Shown: positions 23,794 through 32,816 of the stretch, in pieces
Position numbering within the stretch: position 1 is the first letter of the stretch
Layout: each line of letters opens with the position of its first letter
NCBI GenBank assembly: GCA_963813715.1
Contig: CAWFAK010000012.1
Coordinates: 399,193-463,192 of the forward strand
Source of the DNA: an uncultured Planctomycetaceae bacterium
GTDB lineage: Bacteria > Planctomycetota > Planctomycetia > Planctomycetales > Planctomycetaceae
Direction: 5' to 3'
Length of the DNA: 64,000 nt
Translations under genes and position numbers: made by a program
The notes under the pieces: generated by a model
Databases searched by the model: none
Seen by the model: only the letters and a program-made list of their open reading frames with translations
Told to the model about the DNA's origin: nothing

Positions 23794-24176
23794 CGACAGG
23801 CTCCCGGTGTGTGCCGCTGGCTCTCGTGCAGTGTCGCCGCTGATTATCCCCGCCGTCCGCCGGAGTTTTCAATTCGGTTCGAGGCGGATGGGCGACGTCC
23901 GATAAACCGTCTTGCAAAATGCCCCGCCCCTCGCCAAAGTTGATATGCCGCAATTGGACAGGCGGACAGGACGCAAACGGCTGACATCGCTTCGGCCGCG
24001 GGCAGGCGTCCGGAAGTGGCCTCGCGGGGAAACTGGGGCAAAAGTGGATCCGCGATCCGGCCGTCCGTTCTATCAATAGAGGCACCTTGCGGGCCAAGGC
24101 GTCGATTTCACTTCTTTGATTCTCTGGCAGCCCGCACCCACGCTGCACGGGCGGCGCCGCGGGGCAGGTCCGCGCC

Positions 24177-24830
24177 ATGGCCAACGAACCTTTCGAGAGC
24201 GAGATCACGCCCGAGCTCGCCAACCGCGTGATCTACGGCGACAAGGCGGCCCTCGCCCAGATCTTCGATCTCTACCGCGTGCGGCTGCGGCGGATCGTGA
24301 ACTTTCGGCTCGACCGCCGCGTCTTCGGCCGCGTCGATCCGGACGACGTGTTGCAAGAGGCCTACCTCAACGCCCAGCTGCGGATGAAGTCGATCCTGGC
24401 CGACCGGGCCGAGACTCTGTTCATCTGGCTGCGGAAAATTCTCAACCAGACGCTGGCCGACGTCCACCGCCGGCACCTGGGCACGCAGAAACGCTCGGCC
24501 AAGCGGGATGTGTCGATTCACGGCGGCTGGTCGACCGAATCGACCTCGGCAGCCCTCGCCATTCACCTCGCCGGCAGCCTGACTTCGCCCAGCCAGGCCG
24601 CGCTGCGGGCCGAGCAGGCCGCCCAGATCGACGCATCGCTGGCGACCCTCAGCCCCGTCGATCGCGAGATCCTCGCGCTGCGGCACTTCGAGGAGCTGAG
24701 CAACAGCGAAGCCGCCCAGGTGCTCGGCATGACGACGCAGGCCGCCAGCATGCGATACGTGCGGGCACTGACGCGGCTCCGCGAAGTTTTGCCCGTGTCG
24801 CAACTCTCGGCGACGCCGGGCGCTCCCTGA
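24177..24830 (+). CDS. ECF sigma-70 factor (planctomycete type)
   Basis: RLDRR..RVDPDDVLQEAYL, TSPSQAA, DREILALRHFEELSNSEAA..RYVRAL. Confidence 0.9.
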   Translation: MANEPFESEITPELANRVIYGDKAALAQIFDLYRVRLRRIVNFRLDRRVFGRVDPDDVLQEAYLNAQLRMKSILADRAETLFIWLRKILNQTLADVHRRHLGTQKRSAKRDVSIHGGWSTESTSAALAIHLAGSLTSPSQAALRAEQAAQIDASLATLSPVDREILALRHFEELSNSEAAQVLGMTTQAASMRYVRALTRLREVLPVSQLSATPGAP

Positions 24831-24862
24831 CGGAATGGGCCGGGAAGGACCCGCGCAGAATC

Positions 24863-26125
24863 ATGGCGGACGAAACGCAATTTGCCACCGATATCTATGG
24901 CCTGCCCTCGGGCCGGCCGAGCAACGCCACGCAAGATCGCGACCCGCTCGAAGTCTTGGCCAGCGAATTCGTCGCCTCACTGCGGCAAGGCGAGGAGCCG
25001 GGCATCGACGCAGTGGCTGTCGCGCATCCCGAACTGGCGGCCGAAATCCACGACCTGTTTCCCCTGCTGGCCGCGATGGAAGGCTGGAAGGCCTACCGCG
25101 AGACGACGTCGTACGAACATCGGTCGCTCGATACGCTGCCGGGTGGGCAGTTCGGCGACTTTCGCGTCATCCGCGAGATCGGCCGCGGCGGCATGGGCGT
25201 TGTGTTCGAGGCGGAGGAACTGAACTCGGCCCGCCGCGTCGCCATCAAGGTTTTGCCCTTCCTCAAGTCCGACGCGCGACGAGCCCTCTTCCAGCGCGAA
25301 GCCAGCACGGCGGCCCGGCTCTGGCATCCGCACGTCGTCCCCGTCTACAGCTTCGGCGAGCACCAAGGGCTCTGCTATTACTCGATGCGGCTCGTGCGTG
25401 GCGTCGCCCTCAACTGGGTCATCGATCGCCTCTCGGGACACGAAGGGGCCGTCGCCGCCAGCGATGTCTCGCAGGGGTTCGATGGACCCGCCGAAGATCA
25501 ACACGAATCGCACGCTCAAACCGACGCGAAGTTTCCGCCCGGTCGTCTGCCGATCGTCGCCTGGCGGATCGCTCGCAACTCGTGGTTCGAGATTGCCCGC
25601 ATCGGAGCGCAGGTGGCCGACGCGCTCGACTATGCCCACAAGAACGGCATCGTGCACGGGGACATCAAGCCGGGCAACCTGCTGCTCGACTCGGCGGCCA
25701 ACGCCTGGGTGACCGACTTCGGCCTGTCGCGGAACGAGAGCGAGCCGCTCGAGGCGTCGTCCGGCCTCGTCGGCACGCTGCGCTACCTGGCGCCAGAACA
25801 ACTCTCGGGTCACGCGGACGTCCGCACCGACATTTACGCGCTGGGCGTCACGCTCTTTGAACTGTCCACACGGACGGCGGCGTTCGGCCCGGCCCACCTG
25901 TCATTGCTGATGGACCCGCAACGACGACCCGAGCTGCCCCGTGCCCGACACGTGAACCCCAAAATTCCGCGCGACTTGGCAGCCATCGTCTTCAAGGCGA
26001 CCGCGAAAGATCCGGCCGCCCGCTACGCCTCGGCCGCCAGCCTGCGCGACGACCTGTTGCGCTTTCTCGGCGGACGACCTGTCCGCGCCCGCGGACCGGC
26101 CGGCTGGCTGCGTCTACTGTTTTAG
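24863..26125 (+). CDS. Hanks-type Ser/Thr protein kinase
   Basis: IGRGGMGVV, VAIK, HGDIKPGN, DFG, GTLRYLAPE, DIYALG. Confidence 0.92.
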   Translation: MADETQFATDIYGLPSGRPSNATQDRDPLEVLASEFVASLRQGEEPGIDAVAVAHPELAAEIHDLFPLLAAMEGWKAYRETTSYEHRSLDTLPGGQFGDFRVIREIGRGGMGVVFEAEELNSARRVAIKVLPFLKSDARRALFQREASTAARLWHPHVVPVYSFGEHQGLCYYSMRLVRGVALNWVIDRLSGHEGAVAASDVSQGFDGPAEDQHESHAQTDAKFPPGRLPIVAWRIARNSWFEIARIGAQVADALDYAHKNGIVHGDIKPGNLLLDSAANAWVTDFGLSRNESEPLEASSGLVGTLRYLAPEQLSGHADVRTDIYALGVTLFELSTRTAAFGPAHLSLLMDPQRRPELPRARHVNPKIPRDLAAIVFKATAKDPAARYASAASLRDDLLRFLGGRPVRARGPAGWLRLLF

Positions 26126-26136
26126 ATCTCGATCGT

Positions 26137-26718
26137 CTAGATCTCGATCTTCATCAGCGAGCAACTCTTGGCGTAGCCGATCGTGCGTTTGACGAGCGGG
26201 AACGTGCGGGCGACCGCCATTCCCAGGCCCAGCTCGATCAGGGCTTCGTCGCCGTAATGTTGGCGGACGCGTTCGCGAAGCGTTTCGTCTTCGCCGCCGG
26301 ACACAACCGACTCGGCGAAGTGATAGACATCAGCCAACTGGGACGGCAGGCGATCGGGCTGCCGATCGTAGACGGCGCGGAGAATGTCCGGCGATACGCC
26401 GTCGTGTTTGGCGAAGTTGATTCCGATCTGCAGGCAGGGCCCGCAGTCCTCCGACCGGGCGGCAACCAGGTGGGCCACGGCCGAAGCGTCTGCCGGCAAC
26501 GCGTGGCGATATTGAGCGAGCTTTCCAAGCTTGCCGAATTTCAGGAAGGCCTTTGGCGAGACGTTGGCCATCCACCGCGCGTACTCAGCCGAGACGCCCG
26601 ATTTCTTCTCGAACGAGTCGATCCAGCGGAAGAGGAATCGCCGCATAAGGCCGCGGGGCTGGATTCTCTGCTCGTCCTGTTCGGTGCGAGTTGATTTGGG
26701 AGCAACTGTGGTTGACAT
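26137..26718 (-). CDS. AhpD/carboxymuconolactone decarboxylase-like protein
   Basis: EDCGPC motif, helical, YGDEALIEL. Confidence 0.7.
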   Translation of the reverse strand: MSTTVAPKSTRTEQDEQRIQPRGLMRRFLFRWIDSFEKKSGVSAEYARWMANVSPKAFLKFGKLGKLAQYRHALPADASAVAHLVAARSEDCGPCLQIGINFAKHDGVSPDILRAVYDRQPDRLPSQLADVYHFAESVVSGGEDETLRERVRQHYGDEALIELGLGMAVARTFPLVKRTIGYAKSCSLMKIEI

Positions 26719-26901
26719 GGAAGGCTCCTTAGCAATCGCGTCTCTTAGGGAGACATCAAGGCGAAACCGTCGAAAAGACAAAATCAACGAACAGGAGGTA
26801 ACAGAGCGTCATAAACACGCCTCGAACTTGATCTCTCTGTTTCCTCGGTTCCCTCCTGTTCAAAATCTTTTTGCCTCCTCCGGCATTTTGTTTACACACG
26901 T

Positions 26902-27657
26902 CTAGGGCAGCGTCACGCGGCCTCCCGACGAGACCAGCGTTTGACCCGTCATAAAGCTCGAGCGTTCGCTCAGGAGAAAACAGGCCAGTTCGGCGATTTC
27001 CTCCGGCCGGCCGAGCCGCCCCAGCGGCGTCTCCTTTTTGATCTGGGCAATCTGCTCGTCTTTGAGCACGTGGGCCATCTCGGTTTCGATCAGACCGGGA
27101 GCGATGCAATTCACGCGCACACCATGCGGAGCAAAAGCGTCGGAACAGCAGCGGGCCAGTGCAATCACTCCCGCCTTCGACGACGCGTAGTGAATCTGCA
27201 GGGCTCGCGGCCGCAGCGCGGCCACCGACGAGATCAGCACGATCCGGCCGAATCCGCGGCGGATCATTTCGTCCTTGACCGCAAAGACCACGCGGAACGT
27301 GCCGTTCAGATTGGCGTCGATCGTTTCGAACCAGCGCTCATAGGTCAGCTCGGTGTGAGGCGCAATGTTGCTGACGGCCCCGCAATGGGCCAAGAGGTCG
27401 ATTGCTCCCAGTTCGCGGCGGGCGTCGCTGACCAGCGTGTCGATCTGCTGCTGATTGGCAACGTCGCACGGGCCGCAGATCGATTTGCGTCCCAGGCTGC
27501 GAATTTCGGCGACGACTTTTTGGGCCGTCTCCCGGCGAGTGGCGTAGCCGATGGCCACGTTTGCGCCGCCGCGGGCCAGCTGCAGGGCCGTCGCGCGGCC
27601 AATTCCGCGCGATCCGCCGGTGACGAGCGCCACGCGGTTTTCGAACTCTCCCGGCAT
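26902..27657 (-). CDS. Short-chain dehydrogenase/reductase (FabG-like)
   Basis: TGGSRGIG, YASSK, RVNCIAPG, PLGRLG, GQTL. Confidence 0.92.
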   Translation of the reverse strand: MPGEFENRVALVTGGSRGIGRATALQLARGGANVAIGYATRRETAQKVVAEIRSLGRKSICGPCDVANQQQIDTLVSDARRELGAIDLLAHCGAVSNIAPHTELTYERWFETIDANLNGTFRVVFAVKDEMIRRGFGRIVLISSVAALRPRALQIHYASSKAGVIALARCCSDAFAPHGVRVNCIAPGLIETEMAHVLKDEQIAQIKKETPLGRLGRPEEIAELACFLLSERSSFMTGQTLVSSGGRVTLP

Positions 27658-27814
27658 CGTCGACATTCCTCCGTGCGTGGAAAAGCTTTGCTGTGGAGTG
27701 CGGTGGGCGTGCGTGCGGAGGTCCTCGGATTGGCGTCGGGCTGAACCTTCGCCGCCTGCTTGCATTATAGTAGTCGCAACCGTTTCGGGATTCCGTCGAG
27801 GCGAATGACTGCCC

Positions 27815-28522
27815 ATGTCGCACGCGTTCATTTCGATCGAGGAGCTGGCCGACCGCCTGGGCCGCGATCGGCGCGAAGTCGAAAAGCTCGTCAACCGCGG
27901 GCGGATTCCCGGTCGCAAGGTGGGAGGCATTTGGCAATTCCACCCGACCGAGATTCGCCACTGGGTCGAACAGGAGATGCGCGACTACTCGGAGCCAGAG
28001 CTGGCCGCGCTCGAAGAGGCGCAGCGACCGGCGGGGAGAGCCGAAGAGACGCCGGTGCTCAAGCGGATGGCGCTCGAGACGGTGCAAGTTCCGCTGCTCG
28101 GGCGGACGAAGCGGTCGGTGTTGGAAAGCTTGATCGAAGTCGCCGGGCGCACCTGGCAGATCTGGGAGCCCGCGACCGTCCTCCACGCGGTGCTCGAACG
28201 CGAGGAGATTTTATCGACCGGATTCGAGAACGGTGTGGCCATTCCGCACCCGCGAAATCCGCTCCCCGACGTGCTGGGCGGATCGGTCGTCGCCTTCGGC
28301 CGCACGCTCTCGGGAATTCCGTTCGGAGCGCCGCGGCGGCAGTTGACCGACGTGTTCTTTCTGGTGCTCTGCCGCGACTCGCGGGCCCATCTCAGTGTGC
28401 TGGCCCGGCTCGGCCGCATGCTTCAGACGGCTGGATTCCTCGACGAACTCCGCGCGGCCGAAACCAGCGACGCGGCCTACGGCGTGATCGCGCGGGCCGA
28501 CCAGACGCTCGGCGGCGAGTGA
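27815..28522 (+). CDS. PTS IIA (Ntr/fructose-type) protein with N-terminal excisionase-like HTH
   Basis: IPGRKVGGIWQF HTH; ERE..STG.ENGVAIPHPR phospho-His; HLSVLARL. Confidence 0.88.
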   Translation: MSHAFISIEELADRLGRDRREVEKLVNRGRIPGRKVGGIWQFHPTEIRHWVEQEMRDYSEPELAALEEAQRPAGRAEETPVLKRMALETVQVPLLGRTKRSVLESLIEVAGRTWQIWEPATVLHAVLEREEILSTGFENGVAIPHPRNPLPDVLGGSVVAFGRTLSGIPFGAPRRQLTDVFFLVLCRDSRAHLSVLARLGRMLQTAGFLDELRAAETSDAAYGVIARADQTLGGE

Positions 28523-28558
28523 ACGGCTGACCGCCAGTCGAACTCGGAACAGTCAAAA

Positions 28559-29224
28559 TTAGAAGCGGCGAGAATGGTCCTGGCCGAAAGTGGCAAAGCC
28601 GGCCGAATCGCCCAGCGGATCGACGTGGCCCATGTTGAGGGCAGCCAACGTCTCGTTGATGTCGCGCAGCTCGCGGAGCAGATCGTTGAGATCGTGGTCC
28701 CCTTGAGCCATCACGCGGGGATCGTGCACGACCGGCACGTCGATCGGTTCGGGTAGCGACGGGGCCGCCGCACTACCGGTTTCACTCGTGGCGGCTGCCA
28801 CGCGCGATGACAAATAGATGTTGAGCGCCCGCTCGAGGCTCGTCAGCCAGTCGCCCTTGCGGAAGCGGATTTCGCTGACGGTTTCGCCTTTGGCCATCCG
28901 CAGCAGCGTCTGCTCGAGCCGCACGAGGGGCCCAGCCACGCGATGTGTGCAGCGGATGACGTCCCAGATGAAGATCGGGCCGGCGGCAATCGCCCCGAAG
29001 ATCAGCAGCCGATCCTGCCAGGCGAACGCTTCGTAGCGTTCGAGCAGAGTTGGCTGCGCGTCGTCGGCGGTCGGTTGCGACCCTTCCAGGTAGTTCACGA
29101 GGAAGAGCCCGTGAAATAGGAGGACGTTGTAGGCGACCCAACCGATCGCCAATCGGCGAACGAGCGTGCCCTGCAACATCCCGCCCAGGTAGATCTTGCC
29201 GCGACGCGATTGAAACATGTTCAT
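28559..29224 (-). CDS. Two-TM HAMP-like membrane protein
   Basis: Two hydrophobic segments then THRVAGPLVRL..MAKGE..IRFRKGD. Confidence 0.7.
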   Translation of the reverse strand: MNMFQSRRGKIYLGGMLQGTLVRRLAIGWVAYNVLLFHGLFLVNYLEGSQPTADDAQPTLLERYEAFAWQDRLLIFGAIAAGPIFIWDVIRCTHRVAGPLVRLEQTLLRMAKGETVSEIRFRKGDWLTSLERALNIYLSSRVAAATSETGSAAAPSLPEPIDVPVVHDPRVMAQGDHDLNDLLRELRDINETLAALNMGHVDPLGDSAGFATFGQDHSRRF

Positions 29225-29628
29225 GGATTGGCCACGCTGCGAACGGAATCAGGGGAACGCAGTACCAGCTGTCCTCTCGAACCGGTGTTCGGGCACCGGA
29301 CCGGCCTCTGATGTGGCCGTGCTGAAACATAGTTCGCGGGTTGACGTGCCAGCGGTCGAGGAGCAAGTTCGGGCCGGCCGCCTGCCCAAAAAAACGCACG
29401 ATTCGTGACGAATCTACAGGCGGCGCCGTTATGTCCTGGCGGTTTTGACGACTTTAAGGGGGGTAGTGATGAGTGAAATCCCTTAGCGGGTCGCTCGCAG
29501 TCGGCGAACTTCGCGGACTCGGCTCCGTCGATGGGGTGCTTTTCCGTCGACCCCAATTGAATTACGATGAATTAACAGGCTTCTCTGCGTTTCTCCCCCC
29601 TCTTCCTTCGAACGGAACACGGTCTTCG

Positions 29629-30702
29629 ATGTCCGTGGAGACTGACTTTGCCGGCCACGTTTCCGCGGAATCGGCCGGGCCCTTAATGCCGCAGGCCCCC
29701 GAGGCTGCGACGCAGCAGGAGGCCGGGGCGCCCTCCTCCGAGGCCTGCCCCACTCCGCTCGGCTGGGCGGAGGTCCTCGAATCGTTTCGCGCAGAAAGTA
29801 CGCCCTGGACCGTCGACGTCGGCGGGAGCCTCCTGCAGGGACGGACCTTGGGACACGGGCAGCCGCTCTACTTCTTGAACGGCATCTCCGGCAACTGCGA
29901 ACTCTTCTGCCTGTTGGCCTGGCTCTTACGGGACCAGTACCGCTGCGTCCTGTTCGACTATCGCGATCGCGATTCACACGCGGCCAGCGGAGCGAGCGCA
30001 AAATCAGAACGGCTGACCGTCGAACGGCTGGCCGACGACTTATTGGCCGTCGCCGACGCTCAGCACGATTTCACTTTCTGCGTCTTCGCCGCTCCGTTTG
30101 GCAGCTTGATCGCACTGGCCGCTCTGGCGGACCATCCGGAGCGCATCGAGCGGGCCGTTCTGCTGGGAGGATTTGCCCGTCGCCGGCTGAGTCGGGTCGA
30201 GCGGACTCTGTGCCGCCTTGGACAGTTGCTGCCGGGCGACCTCTCTCGGGTTCCCCTCCGCGGCACGCTGCAGGTCGCCAGCCACCAGCGGGCGTTCCCG
30301 CCGTTTGACTACAGCCGGTGGGGGTTTTTCACCGCGAACACCAATCAAACGTCGATCCGCGATCTGGCCGATCGCGCCCGCCTGATGGACCGGACCGATC
30401 TGCGTGGCCGACTGTCGCACGTCAATCGGCCCGTCCTCTTACTGCGCACCGAGCACGAGGGAGCCGTCTCGGCCGCCGGCGAAGACGAGCTCGCGCGGGA
30501 GCTGCCGCGGGCGACCAGCGAATCGATGCCTCTGGCCGGGCAACTCGCGTATCTCACGCATCCTCACCGCGTGGCGAAAGCCGTGCGATCGTTTCTGGGA
30601 GGGGCGACTTTTGAGCCTCGGCCCGCCTGCGAAGCGCTCGGACTCGACAATTCCTGCGGTGCCGACCATAAAGATGAATCCCATGACCGACGCAGCGCCT
30701 GA
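29629..30702 (+). CDS. Alpha/beta hydrolase fold protein
   Basis: [28 protein letters not shown]; the nucleophile elbow reads AAPFG, so it may be catalytically atypical. Confidence 0.7.
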   Translation: MSVETDFAGHVSAESAGPLMPQAPEAATQQEAGAPSSEACPTPLGWAEVLESFRAESTPWTVDVGGSLLQGRTLGHGQPLYFLNGISGNCELFCLLAWLLRDQYRCVLFDYRDRDSHAASGASAKSERLTVERLADDLLAVADAQHDFTFCVFAAPFGSLIALAALADHPERIERAVLLGGFARRRLSRVERTLCRLGQLLPGDLSRVPLRGTLQVASHQRAFPPFDYSRWGFFTANTNQTSIRDLADRARLMDRTDLRGRLSHVNRPVLLLRTEHEGAVSAAGEDELARELPRATSESMPLAGQLAYLTHPHRVAKAVRSFLGGATFEPRPACEALGLDNSCGADHKDESHDRRSA

Positions 30703-31450
30703 CAAACTCGATTTGATCGCCGTCGGAGCCCATCCGGACGACGTGGAGATTGCCTGCGGTGGCACGCTCGCGCGGCTGGTCCAACAGGGCTACAAGGTCG
30801 GCATCGTCGACCTGACCGACGGCGAGCCGACACCGCTGAGCCCCGGGCCGGACGTCCGACTGGCCGAAGCCCGCGAGGCCGCCCGCATCCTGGGTGTGCA
30901 GGTCCGGGTCACGCTGGAGCTGCCCAACCGCAAGCTGTTCGACTCGTTCGAGGCGCGGGTGGCGCTGGCGAAGGTCTTTCGGAAATATCGGCCGACGATC
31001 GTGATGGGCATTCACGACAAAACGCCGATGGCTTCGCCCGATCACTGGCAGGCGATGCAGATCACCGACGCCGGCATCTTCTATTCGCGGCTGACCAAGT
31101 GGGATGACCAATTCGATAATCTGCCGCCGCACACGGTGAAGCACCAACTCTGGTTCCCGCTCGGCTTTCCGTTGGCGCGATCGCAACCGACTTCTCAGTT
31201 TGTCGTGGATATTTCCGAGACGCTGTCGTTAAAATTGCAAGCGATCCGAGCCTACAAGACCCAGTTCCCTCCGACCAAAGAGCGGGTTTACCCTCTCATC
31301 GAGAGCTACAACCGTCTCTATGGGCAGAATGCCGGGTTTGAGGCCGGCGAACTGTTCTATGCCACGTCTCTCCTGGGTGTGAAGGACCTCGTGCATTTCA
31401 TTTCCGTTCGCACGCCGCAGCGCACGCCTTTGGAGCGCACCGAAGGATGA
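30683..31450 (+). CDS. PIG-L/BshB1-like deacetylase
   Basis: [30 protein letters not shown]. Confidence 0.85.
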   Translation: MTDAAPDKLDLIAVGAHPDDVEIACGGTLARLVQQGYKVGIVDLTDGEPTPLSPGPDVRLAEAREAARILGVQVRVTLELPNRKLFDSFEARVALAKVFRKYRPTIVMGIHDKTPMASPDHWQAMQITDAGIFYSRLTKWDDQFDNLPPHTVKHQLWFPLGFPLARSQPTSQFVVDISETLSLKLQAIRAYKTQFPPTKERVYPLIESYNRLYGQNAGFEAGELFYATSLLGVKDLVHFISVRTPQRTPLERTEG

Positions 31451-31586
31451 TCGCCCACCGTCGACCTTATCCCACGGATGGCCACAAATCACCTCTCGGT
31501 GTCACACGCAGGGCCTGAGAATTGCACAGCCCGGGAAGCAATCGACTTCAACTGCCGGATCGACCCGCGCTGACTTTCGATATCGC

Positions 31587-32336
31587 ATGGTAATCACAAT
31601 GCAGCTTCGCTGGGGTTTACGAACCATCACCGGCGATTACCGGGACAATAACGAAGATCGCGGCCTGGCCGACGAGCGGGGACGGTATTTCATCATCTGC
31701 GACGGGATGGGCGGCCAGGCAGCCGGCGAAAAAGCCAGCGAGATGACCGTCAAGCTGGTCTCCGACTACCTGGAAAAGCACCTCGACTTCGAGAAGGCCA
31801 CCTCCGAAAAAGTCCGGCAAACCGTCGACGACGCGGTCCGCAACGCCAACGGGGAGATCATGGCCCTGGGCGAGGTTGACCCGCTCATGTGCAAGATGGG
31901 GACGACCATCGTGTTCCTCTTGTGTGTGGGTGGCAAAATCTATGTCGGCGGCGTGGGCGACAGTCCGGCCTTCCGGGTGGCGGGCGGCAAAATCGAGAAG
32001 CTGACCAAGGACCATTCGCTCACGCAGGCCCTGGTCGACGCCGGCACCATCACCCCCGACGAGGCCCGCACCCACCGCTTTAAGAACGTCCTCTGGCGGT
32101 ACATCGGCACCAAAGAGGGGGGAACCGGCACCGACCCCAAGGAATTCCCCGTCGCCCCCGGTGAACGCTTCCTGCTCTGCTCCGACGGGGCCGTCGACGG
32201 CGTGTCCATCGACCAACTGAAGGCCCTGCTCGAGAAGGCGAACGACCCGCAGACCGCGGCCGACGCCGTCGTCGAAACCGCCCGCACGGCCGGCTCGCAG
32301 GACAACATCACCTCGCTGGTCGTGTTCGTCGGTTGA
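31587..32336 (+). CDS. PP2C-family Ser/Thr phosphatase
   Basis: NNED, ICDGMGG, MGTT, VGDS, LLCSDG, GSQDNIT. Confidence 0.92.
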   Translation: MVITMQLRWGLRTITGDYRDNNEDRGLADERGRYFIICDGMGGQAAGEKASEMTVKLVSDYLEKHLDFEKATSEKVRQTVDDAVRNANGEIMALGEVDPLMCKMGTTIVFLLCVGGKIYVGGVGDSPAFRVAGGKIEKLTKDHSLTQALVDAGTITPDEARTHRFKNVLWRYIGTKEGGTGTDPKEFPVAPGERFLLCSDGAVDGVSIDQLKALLEKANDPQTAADAVVETARTAGSQDNITSLVVFVG

Positions 32337-32816
32337 CGGGGCCCTCGCCCCGGTTCGGCTGACGGGCCGTTGGCCCTGGGTTGGCTGACTACTCGGCCGG
32401 CCGACAGTCCAGGCTCCGCCTGCTCCCATCCGCCCGCCGGCCCCCCGCTCGGTGATGCGTTTTGGCAACATGCCGGTATGTTCGCTTCAGGAGCGCCAGT
32501 TGGGGCACTGCGCTTTCCCGGACGAGCGGTCAACTCCGTTTCCTTGGCCAGATTTCCCAGCCGGACCGGGCTGGCTCTTGTGCAGAACCTCTTGAAACGC
32601 GGTAAGATTGCGAACGCTGGCAGACTCGATCAAAATAACAGAAGCTGCTGAAATTCTGGCCTTTTGCGTGCTAGTGCACCAGCACTTCCGCGGGTCGCAT
32701 CGTACACGTTGTCGGCATGAGTCGGTAAAGTTGGGGGATTAGGCTTAGACAGTTGAGTGTAACGGTTGGGCGAAATCCCTCGGGTGAATAGACCCCGTTT
32801 AGTTTGGAGTTGGCTT

